Shown here: piece by piece, positions 1 to 12,735 of the stretch
How positions within the stretch are numbered: the first letter of the stretch is position 1
Layout of the letters: each line of letters begins with the position of its first letter
Source: Octopus sinensis
Lineage: Eukaryota
Reading direction: 5' to 3'
Assembly (NCBI RefSeq): GCF_006345805.1
Contig: NC_043000.1
Location: 133,300,001 to 133,364,000, forward strand
DNA: 64,000 nt
Notes under the pieces: generated by a model
Database searches by the model: none
What the model saw: the letters and a program-made list of their open reading frames with translations, nothing else
What the model was told of the DNA's origin: nothing
Position numbers and translations under genes: made by a program

Positions 1-1024
1 CAATCTTGAAGGATTTAGTCAAACAGATTGACCCTAGTCCCTATATTTTTCTTAGGTCTGGTCCTTTTTCTATTGGTCTTCTTTTACAGACACTAGATGT
101 GTCTCTAAGACTTTGAATTAGTCAAAGGCCAAACAAAATATTTTGCATTATTAAAATAAGTACCAAAATGAATGCCAATAGAGTTGGCTGTTCCATCCCT
201 ATCAAAATTTTTGGCTTTGTACCTCTGTAAGAAATGAATATTTAACTAGGTCCCATTTATTTTTATTAGATATGGTTTCAATGATACAGGGGTTATTTCC
301 TTTGAAATATAATATGTATTGTCTTTAATAATGTGGAAGTTATGGTGCAAGTATGATTATATAATTAATAAATCCTTTTTGTAACTACATCGTTTTAGGC
401 TCAATCTCACTGTTTGACACTTTGGGCAAGTGTTTTCTATCATAGCTTTGGACTGAAATTAAGTAGTCAGAAACTGTGTAGAAGCCTCTCAAAAGGAACT
501 TCCTGTTCTTGGATAGCAAACTTCGTCTATCACCCAGTTTAACACCACCACATGGTCTTGAGTACTTTAGCAGAGTCAACACTGTTGTAAACATTTGGCA
601 TCAGATCTCCATTCTGATTATAACTTCCCCCATTTCATTGGCTCCTAGTCTCACAAACCCTAATAAAGGTTATGAGTGCTACCCTTCTTCTTCTGTCTAA
701 GTCACCATCATAATCATCATCATTTTATGTTTGCTTTCTATGCTGACAGCAATTGAACAGGTCCTTACAGTTCAAGTTGTTATTCAGAGTTACTATCCCA
801 CTGGATGAACTGAGGCTCCACATTTAGCTCATATATTTAAATTATGGCATAGCCTCTGTGGTTTCCTTGGTTGGCTGCTCTTCCTAATATATGACATCTT
901 ACACTGTGTACTGGGTGCATTTTATTATGCGGACCTTTTGAGCCTGTGTTGGGTTCTTTCAACCCTAAAAAAGTATATCAATCAACCTTTTTTTTTTCTT
1001 TCATTCTCCATATTTTGTTTACAG

Positions 1025-1137
1025 GTATACCCTGATCCTGTACGAATTGTAGCAATTGGAGTTCCGGTTGAAGATCTTGTCAAAGATCCTTTGGGATCTA
1101 GTGGTACTACCAATTCAGTTGAATTCTGTGGTGGCAC
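1025..1137 (+). CDS. AARS1: AlaRS exon (VYPDPVR...VEFCGGT)
   Basis: tttacag|GTATAC ... GGCAC|gtaagt; editing-domain EFCGGTH motif is split across the next intron. Confidence 0.96.
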
Positions 1138-4100
1138 GTAAGTATCAGCCAACTCTTTTGCCATCAGAAAGTTATGATTTGAAATATTAACTTTTTTCGT
1201 TTTTTTTCTCTTCATTTATTGATGCTTATTATTATTAATTAACCTTTATTGATCTTTGCAGTCATTTAAAAAGCTCTGACCATATAGGTAGTATGGTCAT
1301 TGTGTCAGAAGAGGCAATTGCTAAAGGAATTCGTCGAATCATTGCTGTTACTGGGAATGAAGCTGAAAAGGTGAGTTTCTTTTCTTTCTCCTCCTTCAAA
1401 TGTCAGTTTCCATGATTTCCCTTGTGTCTAATATGTAATGCATCCTATTTCTGAGAATATCTCAAATGTTTTATTCAAATGTTTTCCTGTATCAGAAGCA
1501 ATGAATTCTCATATGAGTATGTGACTGCCTGCAAGTACGTGTCATTGAAAAAGACCAAAAAGGCTGAAAAGCATCTGACGTTCTCATTAGCCACTGCTGG
1601 GATGAATTTTCATCTCTCTCTCTCTCTGATGTTTATTGCTTTTTAATACAGCATGGCTATAACACATGTTATCTCAGGACAGATATTGCAGCAACTAGCC
1701 CTATCAACAGTGTATATACATTAAATAGATACACAGATGGCTATATATATATATAAGTTCAGCAAAATTTAGATTCAAATGAATATGGTACTTAAGTTAG
1801 ATGCACCAGAATTTTGTATGGTGTTATCCATATAAATCCATGGGGTGGTTATAATCAAAATAAGCAACAAGAATAACTTCGGTAATTTGGTACGATGTAG
1901 CATGAAATGATCGTACCAAATTACCGAAGTTATTCTTGTTGCTTATTTTGATTATATATATATATATATATATATTTTTTGTTTCAATCACTCTTATTTT
2001 TCTTAGAGTAATCTGATATCCATCTATCCTGTGATATCTGTTTACTGTTATTCTAATTATCCTAAAACTTTTATCTTACCTCTCTGTTATCTTCTCACTA
2101 CTTTTTCAGAGCTCTTTACTTAGTATTTATTTTGCCTCATTGTGTCTGTGCTAGTGTGACTGTTTCCTTTGTTGTCTTAGAAGGGCTACAGAACACAGCA
2201 ACCTTCTCCAGTTCACTGACACGTTAACTTAAAATAAACAATACACAGGCATACTAAATCATCATCATCATCGTTTAACATCGGTTTTCCATGCTACCAT
2301 GGATTGGACGGTTCGACCGAGGTCTGGGAAGCCAGGAGGCTGCACCAGGCTCCAGTTTGATCTGGCAGTGTTTCTACAGCTGGATACCCTTCCTAACGCC
2401 AACCACTCCGTGAGTGTAGTGGGTGCTTTTTACTTGCCAGGTGAGGCTGGCAACGGCCACGATCGGTTGGTGCTTTTTACATGCCACCGGCATGGAAGCC
2501 AGTCGAGGCGGCGCTGGCAACAACCACGTTTGGACGGTGCTTTTTACGTGCCACTGGCACTGGTATCACAACTACAATTTCCATTTGATTTTTTGATTGA
2601 TGAGCAATTGAATTATTAACACAGTTATAGTAATGACATAAAATAATTAGCTACAGTTATATACTGACGGAAACCTCAGTCAAAACAGAAAAACTGAGAA
2701 ATACAATGTGGCAAAAGACAACTGGAATTTGTAGTTCTTCACTATAGCCAAAACCACAGTGGTTTGAATAGACTAAAAGAACTTGGTTATATCAAACAAA
2801 ACTTTACAAGTATGTGCTTTCTTAACCCTGAACTTTTCCCAAGTTCATATTGCACATCCAGCTAGCTACATTCCTCTCCATGTGCTGTTGATCCATTGAC
2901 TTTACCACATGCATTTCATTTCTGTTACACTCTTCTACTTCTAATACACATTATATGACTTGTGTAGAAGGGAACTTTTTCTAAATTATACATTTATTCC
3001 TCCTCTAAACGCTTGTTATTTAGAAATATCAAATTAAAAAATTTTGTTTTTGTTTTCAATTCTTTGCTAATCTATAAAATTTTAAAAATATTTCTTACCA
3101 GGCAATACATCGCGCATCAGTATTTGAGAAGGATGTTGAAGAGTTGTTCAACAAAGTCAACAGTCCAGATTGTAATGATAAACATGTGTCTAAAGATATC
3201 ATTCATGTTGATGAAGTAAGTGATTAATTTTGACATTGGTATCATAACAACCACTACCATCACTATCATCATTTTCAATGTTAAAGAAGTCAGGGGTCGC
3301 TTAGCTTAATGGTACATAACACTCAGCTGGTACCTGAGAGGTACAGGGTTTGATTCTATGTAGCCACCTGCTGGCAACTTTTTATCAAGGTGATGCCCCA
3401 GCATGGCCGCAGTCTAATGACTGAAACAAGTAAAAAAAAAAAAAACCAAAGTAAAAATAAAATAACAAAATAGTGAAGACAGAAAATTATAACTGACTTT
3501 GGTGAGATTTGAAATCAGAATGTAAAGGAACATAACTAAATGCCAGAAGGCATTTTGTCTACCTTTCTATCAATTTTGGCAATCCACATCAGCTGTGGAA
3601 TGTCAGTATTTGCACACATATACATGCACATTATCATCATCTTTATTATTGTCCAACTTCCATGCAGGGTAGGTTGGATGGTTTGACAGGATCCAAGGAG
3701 TCAGATGACCTCGTTTTGCTCCTCTGTCTCAGTTTTTACATGGTTTCTATGACTGGCCTCCCTTCTTTATAGTAACCACTTTACTAAGTGTATCGGGAGT
3801 TTTTTTCATGGGACTAGAACTTGTGAAGCAAGATTAAAGAGCCATTACAATGAAAGAGCGGATGGTGATTTTACTGAGGAACAGATTTATTGTTCTGGGG
3901 CTTTGGTGGTGGGGAGAGTAACAGTAGATACTGTTGGGATGGGGAGTATGGAAGTGATAGGAAAGGAGGGCGCTCAGCAGGAAAGAGAAAGACAGAGTAG
4001 AAGGTTGATGGAGTGGATTGTATAGGGGGCATCCAGTGCTGCCCTATGTTTTAAGGGTGAACATGGGCAAGAGATTAGGGAGGAAGAGAAGAGAGCAATG

Positions 4101-6188
4101 AGGTTCCAGAGAAATTGTGGGGAGAGGTGCATTGCAGGTTAAGAGAGAAGTAGGAAGAGTTGTGGGTTATACGTGTATGTTAATATATGTGTCAACCAAT
4201 TTCATTCACAAAGCATTGGTTGGCCTGGGGCAATTGCAGGACAAGTCCTTGGGTCATCTTCAAGACTCTCCATTCTCTTCCTAAATCCAGCTGCACACTT
4301 TTGCACTGTTAACATAGCTGGAGCATCATCCCTTAATGTTATTTCTTTATTGACCACAAGGGGCTAAACATAGAGGGGACAAACAAGGACAGACAAAGGG
4401 ATTAAGTCGATTACATAAACCCCAGTCCATAACTGGTACTTAATTTATCGACCCCGAAAGGCAAAGTCGACCTCGGCGGAATTTGAACCCAGAACGTAAC
4501 GGCAGACGAAATACGAAATTTCTTTTAGTGAGGTATTCTTTTGCTTGTTTCAGTCATTTGACCGTGGCTATGCTAGAGCACTGCTTTCAATCGAGCAAAG
4601 TGATCCCAGAACTTTTTCTTTGTAAGCCTAGTACTTATTCTGTTGGTCTCTTTTGCCAAACCGCTAAGTTGTGAGAATGTAAACACATCAGCACCAAGCA
4701 ATGTTGCTGTGATATGCTGCTAAGCATTTCGCCTGGCGAAATGCTTAGCGGTATTTTGTCTGCCGCTACGTTCTGAGTTCAAATTCCGCCAAGGTCGACT
4801 TTGCCTTTCATCCTTTCGGGGTCGATTAAATAAGTACCAGTTACGCACTGGGGTCGATATAATCGACTTAATCCATTTGTCTGTCCTTGTTTGTCCTCTC
4901 TGTGTTTAGCCCCTTGTGGGTAGTAATGAAATAGGTATTTTGTCTGCTGTTCTGTTCTGAGTTCAAATTCCACTGAGGTCGACTTTGCCTTTCATCCTTT
5001 CGGGGTCGATAAATTAAGTACCAGTTATGCACTGGGGTCGATGTGATCAACTTAATCCCATTGTCTGTCCTTGTTTGTCCCCTCTATGTTTAGCCCCTTT
5101 GGGCAATAAAGAAATAACAAACACACACACACATACGATGGGCTTCTTTCAGTTTCCATCTACCAAATCCACTCACAAGGCTTTGGTTGGCTCGAGGCTA
5201 TTGTAGAAGACACTTGCTGAAAGTGCCACGCAGTGGCACTGAACCCGGAACCATGTGGTTGGTAAGCAAGCTACTTACCACACAGCCACTCCTGCACCTT
5301 TCCCTTTGACCAAAACAGTTTACTTTCTCCATTCTCATGCTCATTTCCATTATCCCTTATTATTTGCACCTGTCTACTTTCTTGTTGGATTGTTTCTTTT
5401 CTCTTCAGTTTCTCCTCTTTATCTATTACTAGAGTATTACTCAATCTGGTATTAGTCACTGGATGCGAGACCAGCTGCGTTCTAAGCTAAAAGAGATCAA
5501 GAAAGTTTTAGACAACCGAGATAAGGCCCGAAAAGCTGCCATTCTTAATGAGGTAACACGTTCTATTTCCATCATTTTGAACATCACTTCTGTTTAACTC
5601 TTTTGTGACCATATTTTTTACTAAGTACACTGTGTATATATTGCAATTAATGTTGAAAATACTGAAGAGTTTGAAATTATTTTAGTAAAACAACTTTTTC
5701 ATTATTATTTTGTTGTTAAGAACAGAGCTGAATAAAGAATTTTTAAGTATAAACACTTTAAAACAAAAAGTTTTGTGTGACAGACCAGAGCTAATCAATC
5801 TTAGTTGGGATGGTATTGAAAAGGTTAATTAATTCTAGCTTCAGAGAGACTAAAATAGATTGATTCAAAGCACAAAACTTGTCTGTAACTCTTAATTTTC
5901 TGGAGTCTGCTCCTAAATTTATGAACATTTCTTTATATTAGCAAGATCGAAGAAGTCATTATCTCTGACTGAATTTTGCAAAACATGGCAAAGGCATGAA
6001 ATAGTATGTTTTATTAAATATATATATATATATAAATTAGAGAAAAACCATTATTATGTAGTTCAAACAATGACAGACATAAACCATATCATATAGAAAA
6101 AATATATTATAAAACATATAACTAGATCACAAAAAGTACAAAAAAATGAATAAACAATATACAGTAAGTAAAACGACTACATACTCCC

Positions 6189-6240
<52 letters not shown>

Positions 6241-9200
6241 ATATAGTTTATAGGTAAGAGACAGGTGTTCTCTATATAGAATACGTTTCGAAGTGCTCAA
6301 GAGATATGAACTTCAGTGGATAGATGAGTAAGTGTAATGACAAGCAAATTAGGCAAGTTGATTTACACAGAATATTAAATACATTTAATAGAATAAAATG
6401 TACGTGTATGGATATAAAATAGTCTCATTTACAGACTATAAATGATATCAGGAGTTAAATGGATAGAGTTTTATAAGATGCTAGTGTATCACAAATGGTA
6501 TTCTCTGATGGTATTGTACTGTAGTGACGTCATTTTCCAGTGTGCCTGTGTGGGACGTCATTCTTCAGTGTGCGTGTGCGGGGCTGGAACCTTCTGGAAA
6601 GGTCTAAGGAAGTTCCCTGATGCACATGCGCTAGAGACTGGGGAAGAAAATTCTATCGCGTTCCTTGTTAGCGTCGTTGACTTGAGACACGGCTATTGAA
6701 GAGAGAGGACGTGTTAAATGTGTGATTAGCCTATTCTCCTGTCCCAGACGTTTTGGGATTTGACCTGCTCTGTTGTTGCTGAATTTGTTGTGAGGTTTAT
6801 CTTACAAGTGTTAAAATTCAACCTTGCTATATCGAACCAAGTGGATACCAATGTACCAACGTGCCTTCTTTTGTAAATAAGAAAATAAAGAGTCATATAT
6901 ATTTTTACGGTTGCGTTCTTGTTCCTGACTGGTAGTTTCTGGAAACAAAAGAAAGGAAATTGTGTTGCACCCAAACAGTGTGAAGACACAACCTGTTCCA
7001 ACCAGTTCCTTTACAGTACTTACATGAAAGCATGAGGCTTAATGGTTAGAGTGTTGCACTCACCATTGCAAGGTCTTGATTTTGATTCCTGGATCAGGTG
7101 GTTCTTGAGCAAAGCACTTCATTTCTCATTGTTCCAGTCCACTCTGCTATAAGCAAGTAACCCTGTGATGGACTGGCGTTCCATTGAGGGGGAATGTAGT
7201 GGCTTCAGTCACTTGTACACTGTGGTTATTGGTCACTTGTACATTATGGTTATTGGTCATTTGTACACTGGGTTATTGGTCTTATGAGTCTGAGGACTCA
7301 GTACAATAATGTTTCCAGAAACTGCTGTTGCACTCATAAAACTCCACCCATTTAATTCCTGATATCATTTGTATTCTGTCAGTGAGACTGTTTTATCCGT
7401 TCGCATCCGTTGCCAGCCTCGGCTGGCCCCCGTGCCGGTGACACGTAAAAGCACCGTCCGTTCGTGGCTGTTTGCCAGCTCTGCCTGGCCCCGTGTCGGT
7501 GGCACGTAAAAGCACCATCCGTTCGTGTCCGTTGCCAGCATCACCTGGCCCCGTGCCGGTGACACGTAAAAGCACCATCCGTTCGTGGCCGTGCGCCAGC
7601 TCTGTCTGGCACCTGTGCAGGTGGCACGTAAAAAACACCCACTACACTCGCGGAGTGGTTGGCGTTAGGAAGGGCATCCAGCCGTAGAAACACTGCCAGA
7701 TCTGACTGGGCCTGACGAAGCCTTCCAGCTTCACAGACCCCAGTTGACCCGTCCAACCCATGCTAGCATGGAAAGCGGACGCTAAATGATGATGATGATG
7801 ATGATGACACGTATGTTTTTTTCTATTAAATGTATTTAATATTTTGTGTAAATCAACTTGCCTAACCTGCTTGCCATTACATTTACTCATATATATATAT
7901 ACATATATATAAAAGTGAAGTTGTGTGAGTGTCTGTCTCCTATGATTTAGATTCCTAACTACTCCCACATTTTGCGGTGCAGTTTAACCAAAATCGGGTA
8001 TCTTATAGTCGTGATTCATATCGAGCCCTTCTGGGTATTAGCGCGCGTCTACGATGAGTCTACGATTTTAAAAAGAATTTACCATCAATTTTTCCCATTT
8101 TTAATGCATTTTTGGCATATATAAGGTAAGTAACTCTCTAAAAATTTATTAAATCTCACAACGTAAAAAGCTACAGTAACACCCCCCCCTTTGTGGTTAG
8201 CCATATTGAGATGGCTATTATACTTTACATCTCTAAAAATGCTTATATAGTTATTTCCCTTACAAACCCGAGCAACGCCGGGCGATACTGCTAGTACATA
8301 TATAAACTTCGTTTGTATGTTTGCGTTCATCGTAATTTGAATTTAACGTATGATAGCATCTCATAAAGCGAGATTTCTATATATCTTAAATTTGCGGAAG
8401 AATTTGTGGTGTGGGCAGTTTAGCTTAATGGTTCAGAGCATTGTGACACGTAATCACAGAGGTGTGAGTTCGAGACCCATAGCCAGCCGCCAACACTTTT
8501 TTCTGCAAAATAGGGGTAGCTTATCTTGTTGAGGCTATATTATTAGCATTATCCTGTGTTTGAGAATTTAAAATCACTTCTTTAACTTTGTAAGACATCT
8601 CAACGCTTCTAAAGCAAACTTTGTTTGTATGTTTACATTCATCGTAATTTGAATTTAATATGTATGTATGTGTGTGTGTATACACACAATCATTGTGCTA
8701 TATAAGCTTCCCATGCTGGCAAAAATTAGATAAGTCAAGGTCCACTGATATTAGTATATACACATAATACTACAAAATAAAAAAAAAGCCTCTTAAGAGT
8801 ATAGATAGTTGTGTATAAAAGAAATTATAACAAAACGTTCATAAAGTTGCAGCAGTTTAACTCTTATCTTTATTTAGGTTGGTTATATTCTATTTCCAGG
8901 TTGTTGAAGAAACCAAACAGATGATTGCTAAAAATCCAGACCAACATGTGATTATTCATCAGTTTAAACCTGGCTCTAATGCAAAAGTGAGATATTGATA
9001 CATTTTTTTTCTGTTCATATATACTCTTTTACTCTTTTACTTGTTTCAGTCATTCGACTGCGGCCATGCTGGAGCACCGCCTTTAGTCGAGCAAATCGAC
9101 CCCGGGACTTATTCTTTGTAAGCCCAGTACTTATTCTATCGGCCTCTTTTGCCGAACCGCTAAGTAACGGGGACGTAAACACACCAGCATCGGTCGTCAA

Positions 9201-12200
9201 GCAATGCTAGGGGGACAAACACAGACACACAAACATATACACACACACATATATATATATATACATATATACGACAGGCTTCTTTCAGTTTCCGTCTACC
9301 AAATCCACTCACAAGACATTGGTCGGCCCAGGGCTATAGCAGAAGACACTTGCCCAAGATGCCACGCAGTGGAACTGAACCCGCAACCATGTGGTTGGTT
9401 AGCAATCTACTTACCACACAGCCACTCCTGCGCCTATATAAACATATAAATAAAAGAAATTTCACTATTTTTACACAATAATTACTGGTTCATATCTAAA
9501 TATATAGATAGTCATTAGCCAACCTATTCTACATGTAAGCAATGTGGTTGCTCAGTCTGCTTGAAATAGCAGCCAAGTTTTATGTAGCTCACATTGTTCA
9601 CATCTTGAAAAAGGTAGGACACATTGAACATTGTTGTCATAAATACACAAAATGTCGAGATAGTTATAGCTGGAACTTATTTTGATCATAGGTTTGCCTG
9701 ATCAGGGATGAACTGGGGCTAAACAACAAAAACAGCAGCAAACAACAGGAGTCCACTTTATAAACAACTGGTCCATGGACAACAGAATCTCCAAATGTCA
9801 GTACTTAATTTTGGATTCTGCCATATTCAGAAGCCAAGAGATAAATCTGTGTGTTTATAAGATGCTAGTGTATCACAAATGGTATTCTCTGCCGCCGCTG
9901 CGTTCTGAGTTCAAATTCCGCCGAGGTCGACTTTGCCTTTCATCCTTTCGGGGTCGATAAATTAAGTACCAGTTACACCCTGGGGTCGATGTAATCGACT
10001 TAATACCTATGTCTGTCCTTGTTTGTCCCTTCTGTGTTTAGCCCCTTGTGGGTAATAAAGAAATAGGTATTGTACTTACATGAAAGCATAAGGCTTAGTG
10101 GTTAGAGTGTTGCACTCACCATTGCAAGGTCTTGATTTTGATTCCTGGATCAGGCGGTTCTTGAGCAAAGCACTTCATTTCACAATGTTCCAGTCCATTC
10201 TGCTATAAACAAGAATCCCTGTGTTGTCCAGGGATTGATGGTGATTATACAGGATTACCAGCGTCACCTTACTGGCACTTGTGTCGGTGGCATGTGAAAA
10301 AACATTCGAGTGAGGTCATTGCCAGTGCCGCTGGACTGGCTCCTGTGCAGGTGGCACGTAAAAAACACCATTTGAGCGTGGCTGTTGCCAGTACTGCCAA
10401 ACTGACCCTCATGCCGGTGGCACGTAAAAGCATCCACTACACTCTTGGAGTAGTTGGCATTAGGAAGGGTATCCAGCTGTAGAAACTCTGCCAGATCAAG
10501 ATTGGAGCCTGGTGCAGCCATCTGGTTCGCCAGTCCTCAGTCAAATCGTCCAACCCATGCTAGCATGGAAAGCAGACGTTAAATGATGATGATGATGAAA
10601 GTGTCCTAACCGGAGATGCAACAAAAAAGCCAAGGCTGTAAATGAACTTACTAGCCATGAACTGGTTGTCTAAAACTGGACCTACTTGGCCAGCTCATGC
10701 ACACATTAATATAAACTTCCTCAGTTGTAAAGTCAATTTACAAGTACATGCAGACTCAAGTCTAGATTACTCGATAGTGATACAGTTTAGTTTCTTGAAA
10801 TCTTCAGTTCAATTCTATTTATTCTTTATATTCTCTTCAGGCATTGGATTCTGCTGTAAAACAATACAAGTCTCTGAGTCCGCAAACTGCAGTCTTATTT
10901 TTTGCTGTTGATGCTGGAAAACTATTGTGTATGAGTTATGTTCCTAAGGTGCGTATCTGTTTTATTATTATTATTATTTAAAGCTATTATATGCTATATT
11001 AGATAGCAAAGATGTTGTTTTAAGGTTTTGTGGCAACAAGTCTCCTCAAATGTTGAGAATCTTTCTTAAGATTATTACAGAATGCAGGATTGAACTTTTC
11101 TTATTTCCTTATTGCCCACAAGGGGCTAAACATAGAGGGGACAAACAAGGACAGACAAAGGGATTAAGTTGATTACATCGACCCCAGTGCGTAACTGGTA
11201 CTTAATTTATCGACCCCGAAAGGATGAAAGGCAAAGTTGACCTTGGCAGAATTTGAACTCAGAACATAACAGCAGACGAAATACCGCTAAGCATTTCGCC
11301 CGGCGTGCTAACGCTTCCGCCAGCTCACCGCCTTGCAGGTTGACAATGTCAGTCTTGATTCCAATATCCTCTACCTAAGGTAGCAATTTGATTGATATGC
11401 CAAGAGAACCAATTGCCACAAGAATAATTGTAATCTTAGTCTTTCACAATCTCTTAATTTCTGTCAGGCTAGAACCTGATATTTCTCAATCTCTTTGGTA
11501 TCCACTCTATTATCATATTGTATTGCAAAGTCTGTGATCTAACACTGTTTATTTTTTTGTCCTCCACAATCATATCTGATCATCTTGCTTCAATATTATG
11601 GTCAGGAGAAATCCCATCAGAATCCCCTAATTATTATTCTCAATCACAGCCTCTGGTTTGTGTTCATACCACTTTTCTGCTTCTTTGAATGCACACACTC
11701 GGCTAACACCCCAATACCTATACAGTCATACTTACGCTTATACTCTTTTTATGCATTCACTTAAAACATGGTTGATACTTTCTGTCTCCTTTCCTGCAGA
11801 TTCTGCATTTACAGAAGGGATGAATTTGTCATCTTTCAGCTTTATTTTATTTGACATCAGATAATTTACTCAAAGCAGGCTGTAGTTGGATAGACATATT
11901 GAGTTTTTCTTTTTGTGCCTTGTAATGTAACACACTCACCGGTAAAATTTCCACTATTTCTTATTTGTATTTTCCTAAAATTTTCGTTGCGTCTTGCAAC
12001 CATTTAAATAGTCTTGACTCTGAGTTTGTTTTGTATAACGTAATTCTTTTCTTTTCACTCTTTTTTATTCATGTGATCACATATTCCTCCAACATCTAAA
12101 CTTACGAAGACAATTATGAGTGCTAGGCTATTAGTGACATGATCTCATCTTTACTGCTAAATTTTTGGTGATACAGTTCTACCTGTAACTGATAAGTTAT

Positions 12201-12564
12201 TCATGATGAAGTCCACTCTTCTTCTAATCTGTTGGTAATGCAGATCCAGATCTGATTACTAAGCTGCTGGTAGTGCAATCCTAATCATGACTGCTAAGCT
12301 GTTGGCAACACAGTTTTATAATTGTTGACCGAAACAATTTCCAGATTTCTTTTTTTTTTATTTATTGATTCATTATTGTTTTCTTCAATACAGGAACTTA
12401 CTAATACACTGAAGGCAAATGAATGGATTGGCTCAGTGACGGAATGCATCAATGGCAAAGGTGGAGGTAAAGATGTATCTGCACAAGCTACAGGGACCAA
12501 TATTCATGCTGTAGAAGAGGCTATGAAGCTGGCTCGGGAGTTTGCTGATCTCAAGTTATCTTGA
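1025..12564 (+). CDS. AARS1: Cytoplasmic alanyl-tRNA synthetase, 3' part (7 coding exons in window; end of editing domain plus C-Ala domain); 5' exons lie upstream of the window
   Basis: Exons 1025-1137, 1262-1370, 3102-3215, 5433-5552, 8900-8986, 10841-10948, 12394-12564 all have AG/GT borders and join in frame (822 nt, 273 aa + stop): [12 protein letters not shown]...[10 protein letters not shown]...[16 protein letters not shown]...[14 protein letters not shown]...LKLS*, matching hallmark eukaryotic AlaRS motifs. Confidence 0.97.
1262..1370 (+). CDS. AARS1: AlaRS exon (HLKSSDHIG...[21 protein letters not shown])
   Basis: ttgcag|T CAT TTA ... GAA AAG|gtgagt; phase-2 join completes CGGTHL. 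Confidence 0.96.
1850..1956. repeat. Perfect 47-bp inverted repeat with 13-nt loop in an AlaRS intron
   Basis: 1850-1896 is the exact reverse complement of 1910-1956. Confidence 0.92.
2258..2595 (-). repeat. RTE 3'-UTR-derived repeat (family C); other copies ~7385-7810 (+), 10262-10597 (+), 30540-30900 (-), 35044-35310 (-), 36725-37050
   Basis: Shared ggcgttaggaagggcatccagctgtagaaac core, ~60-bp gtggcacgtaaaaagcac subrepeats and (GAT)n tail. Confidence 0.8.
3102..3215 (+). CDS. AARS1: AlaRS exon ([12 protein letters not shown]...DIIHVDE)
   Basis: ttaccag|GCA ... GAA|gtaagt; 38 codons, open, phase 0/0. Confidence 0.85.
4730..5117 (+). repeat. SINE-A dimer; another dimer at ~44868-45240; single copies 4339-4514 (-), 9892-10065 (+), 11102-11333 (-)
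   Basis: Same tail|GGTATTT junction at ~4934 and ~45099. Confidence 0.85.
5433..5552 (+). CDS. AARS1: AlaRS exon ([16 protein letters not shown]...KAAILNE)
   Basis: tactag|AGT ... GAG|gtaaca; 40 codons resembling the IPQWQKDELR segment of AlaRS. Confidence 0.88.
6520..7015. mobile_element. Solo LTR (496 bp) with 4-bp TSD GTAC
   Basis: TGTA...TACA termini; GTAC at 6516-6519 and 7016-7019; AATAAA near 6886 (+); an un-inserted paralogous site with a single GTAC lies at 10072-10075. Confidence 0.8.
7900..8294 (+). mobile_element. Non-autonomous Helitron (same family)
   Basis: Ends cccgagcaacgccgggcgatactgCTAG|T; body matches 33136-33530 and 55253-55653. Confidence 0.8.
8414..8488 (+). pseudogene. 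Degenerate tRNA-like sequence (CGT in anticodon position)
   Basis: TAGCTTAATGG D-arm, TGTGA-7nt-TCACA anticodon arm, GTTCGAGAC T-loop; acceptor stem mostly unpaired. Confidence 0.45.
8900..8986 (+). CDS. AARS1: AlaRS exon ([15 protein letters not shown]...PGSNAK)
   Basis: ttccag|GTT ... AAA|gtgaga; 29 codons. Confidence 0.9.
10841..10948 (+). CDS. AARS1: AlaRS exon ([21 protein letters not shown]...YVPK)
   Basis: ctcttcag|GCA ... AAG|gtgcgt; 36 codons, C-Ala domain. Confidence 0.92.
12394..12564 (+). CDS. AARS1: AlaRS last coding exon ([11 protein letters not shown]...[14 protein letters not shown]...LKLS*)
   Basis: atacag|GAA ... TGA; conserved GKGGGK C-Ala motif. Confidence 0.97.
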   Translation, partial: ELTNTLKANEWIGSVTECINGKGGGKDVSAQATGTNIHAVEEAMKLAREFADLKLS

Positions 12565-12602
12565 TTTTAAATATTCTTGCTATTATATTCTATGCTGATT
12601 TC

Positions 12603-12608
12603 AATAAA
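12603..12608 (+). promoter_or_regulatory. Probable AlaRS polyadenylation signal AATAAA
   Basis: AATAAA about 40 nt after the stop codon; a second one lies near 12682. Confidence 0.55.
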
Positions 12609-12735
12609 ATATTGCCTCTTATCAAAATGTAAGCTATATGAAATTACTTGATAAATTTGTACTTAAATATATTAATTCTGAAATAAAAACATTTTTCTCT
12701 TCTGAATACAAATTGATTAATACTTTTGTGATATC

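Noticed and set aside
385-700. Possible further AlaRS exon upstream of 1025
   Set aside because: No frame gives the expected ...GLRAVFDE-type sequence; the preceding exon is outside the window.
6280-6340. Hammerhead-like CTGAAG...CTTCGAAACGTA on the - strand
   Set aside because: Core incomplete and no stem I partner.
6726-7001. 91-aa ORF / possible Penelope GIY-YIG remnant
   Set aside because: Falls inside the TG...CA, TSD-flanked solo LTR; no convincing protein motif.
8414-8488. tRNA mimic for AlaRS autoregulation
   Set aside because: No G3:U70 identity pair, acceptor stem largely unpaired, anticodon position reads CGT.
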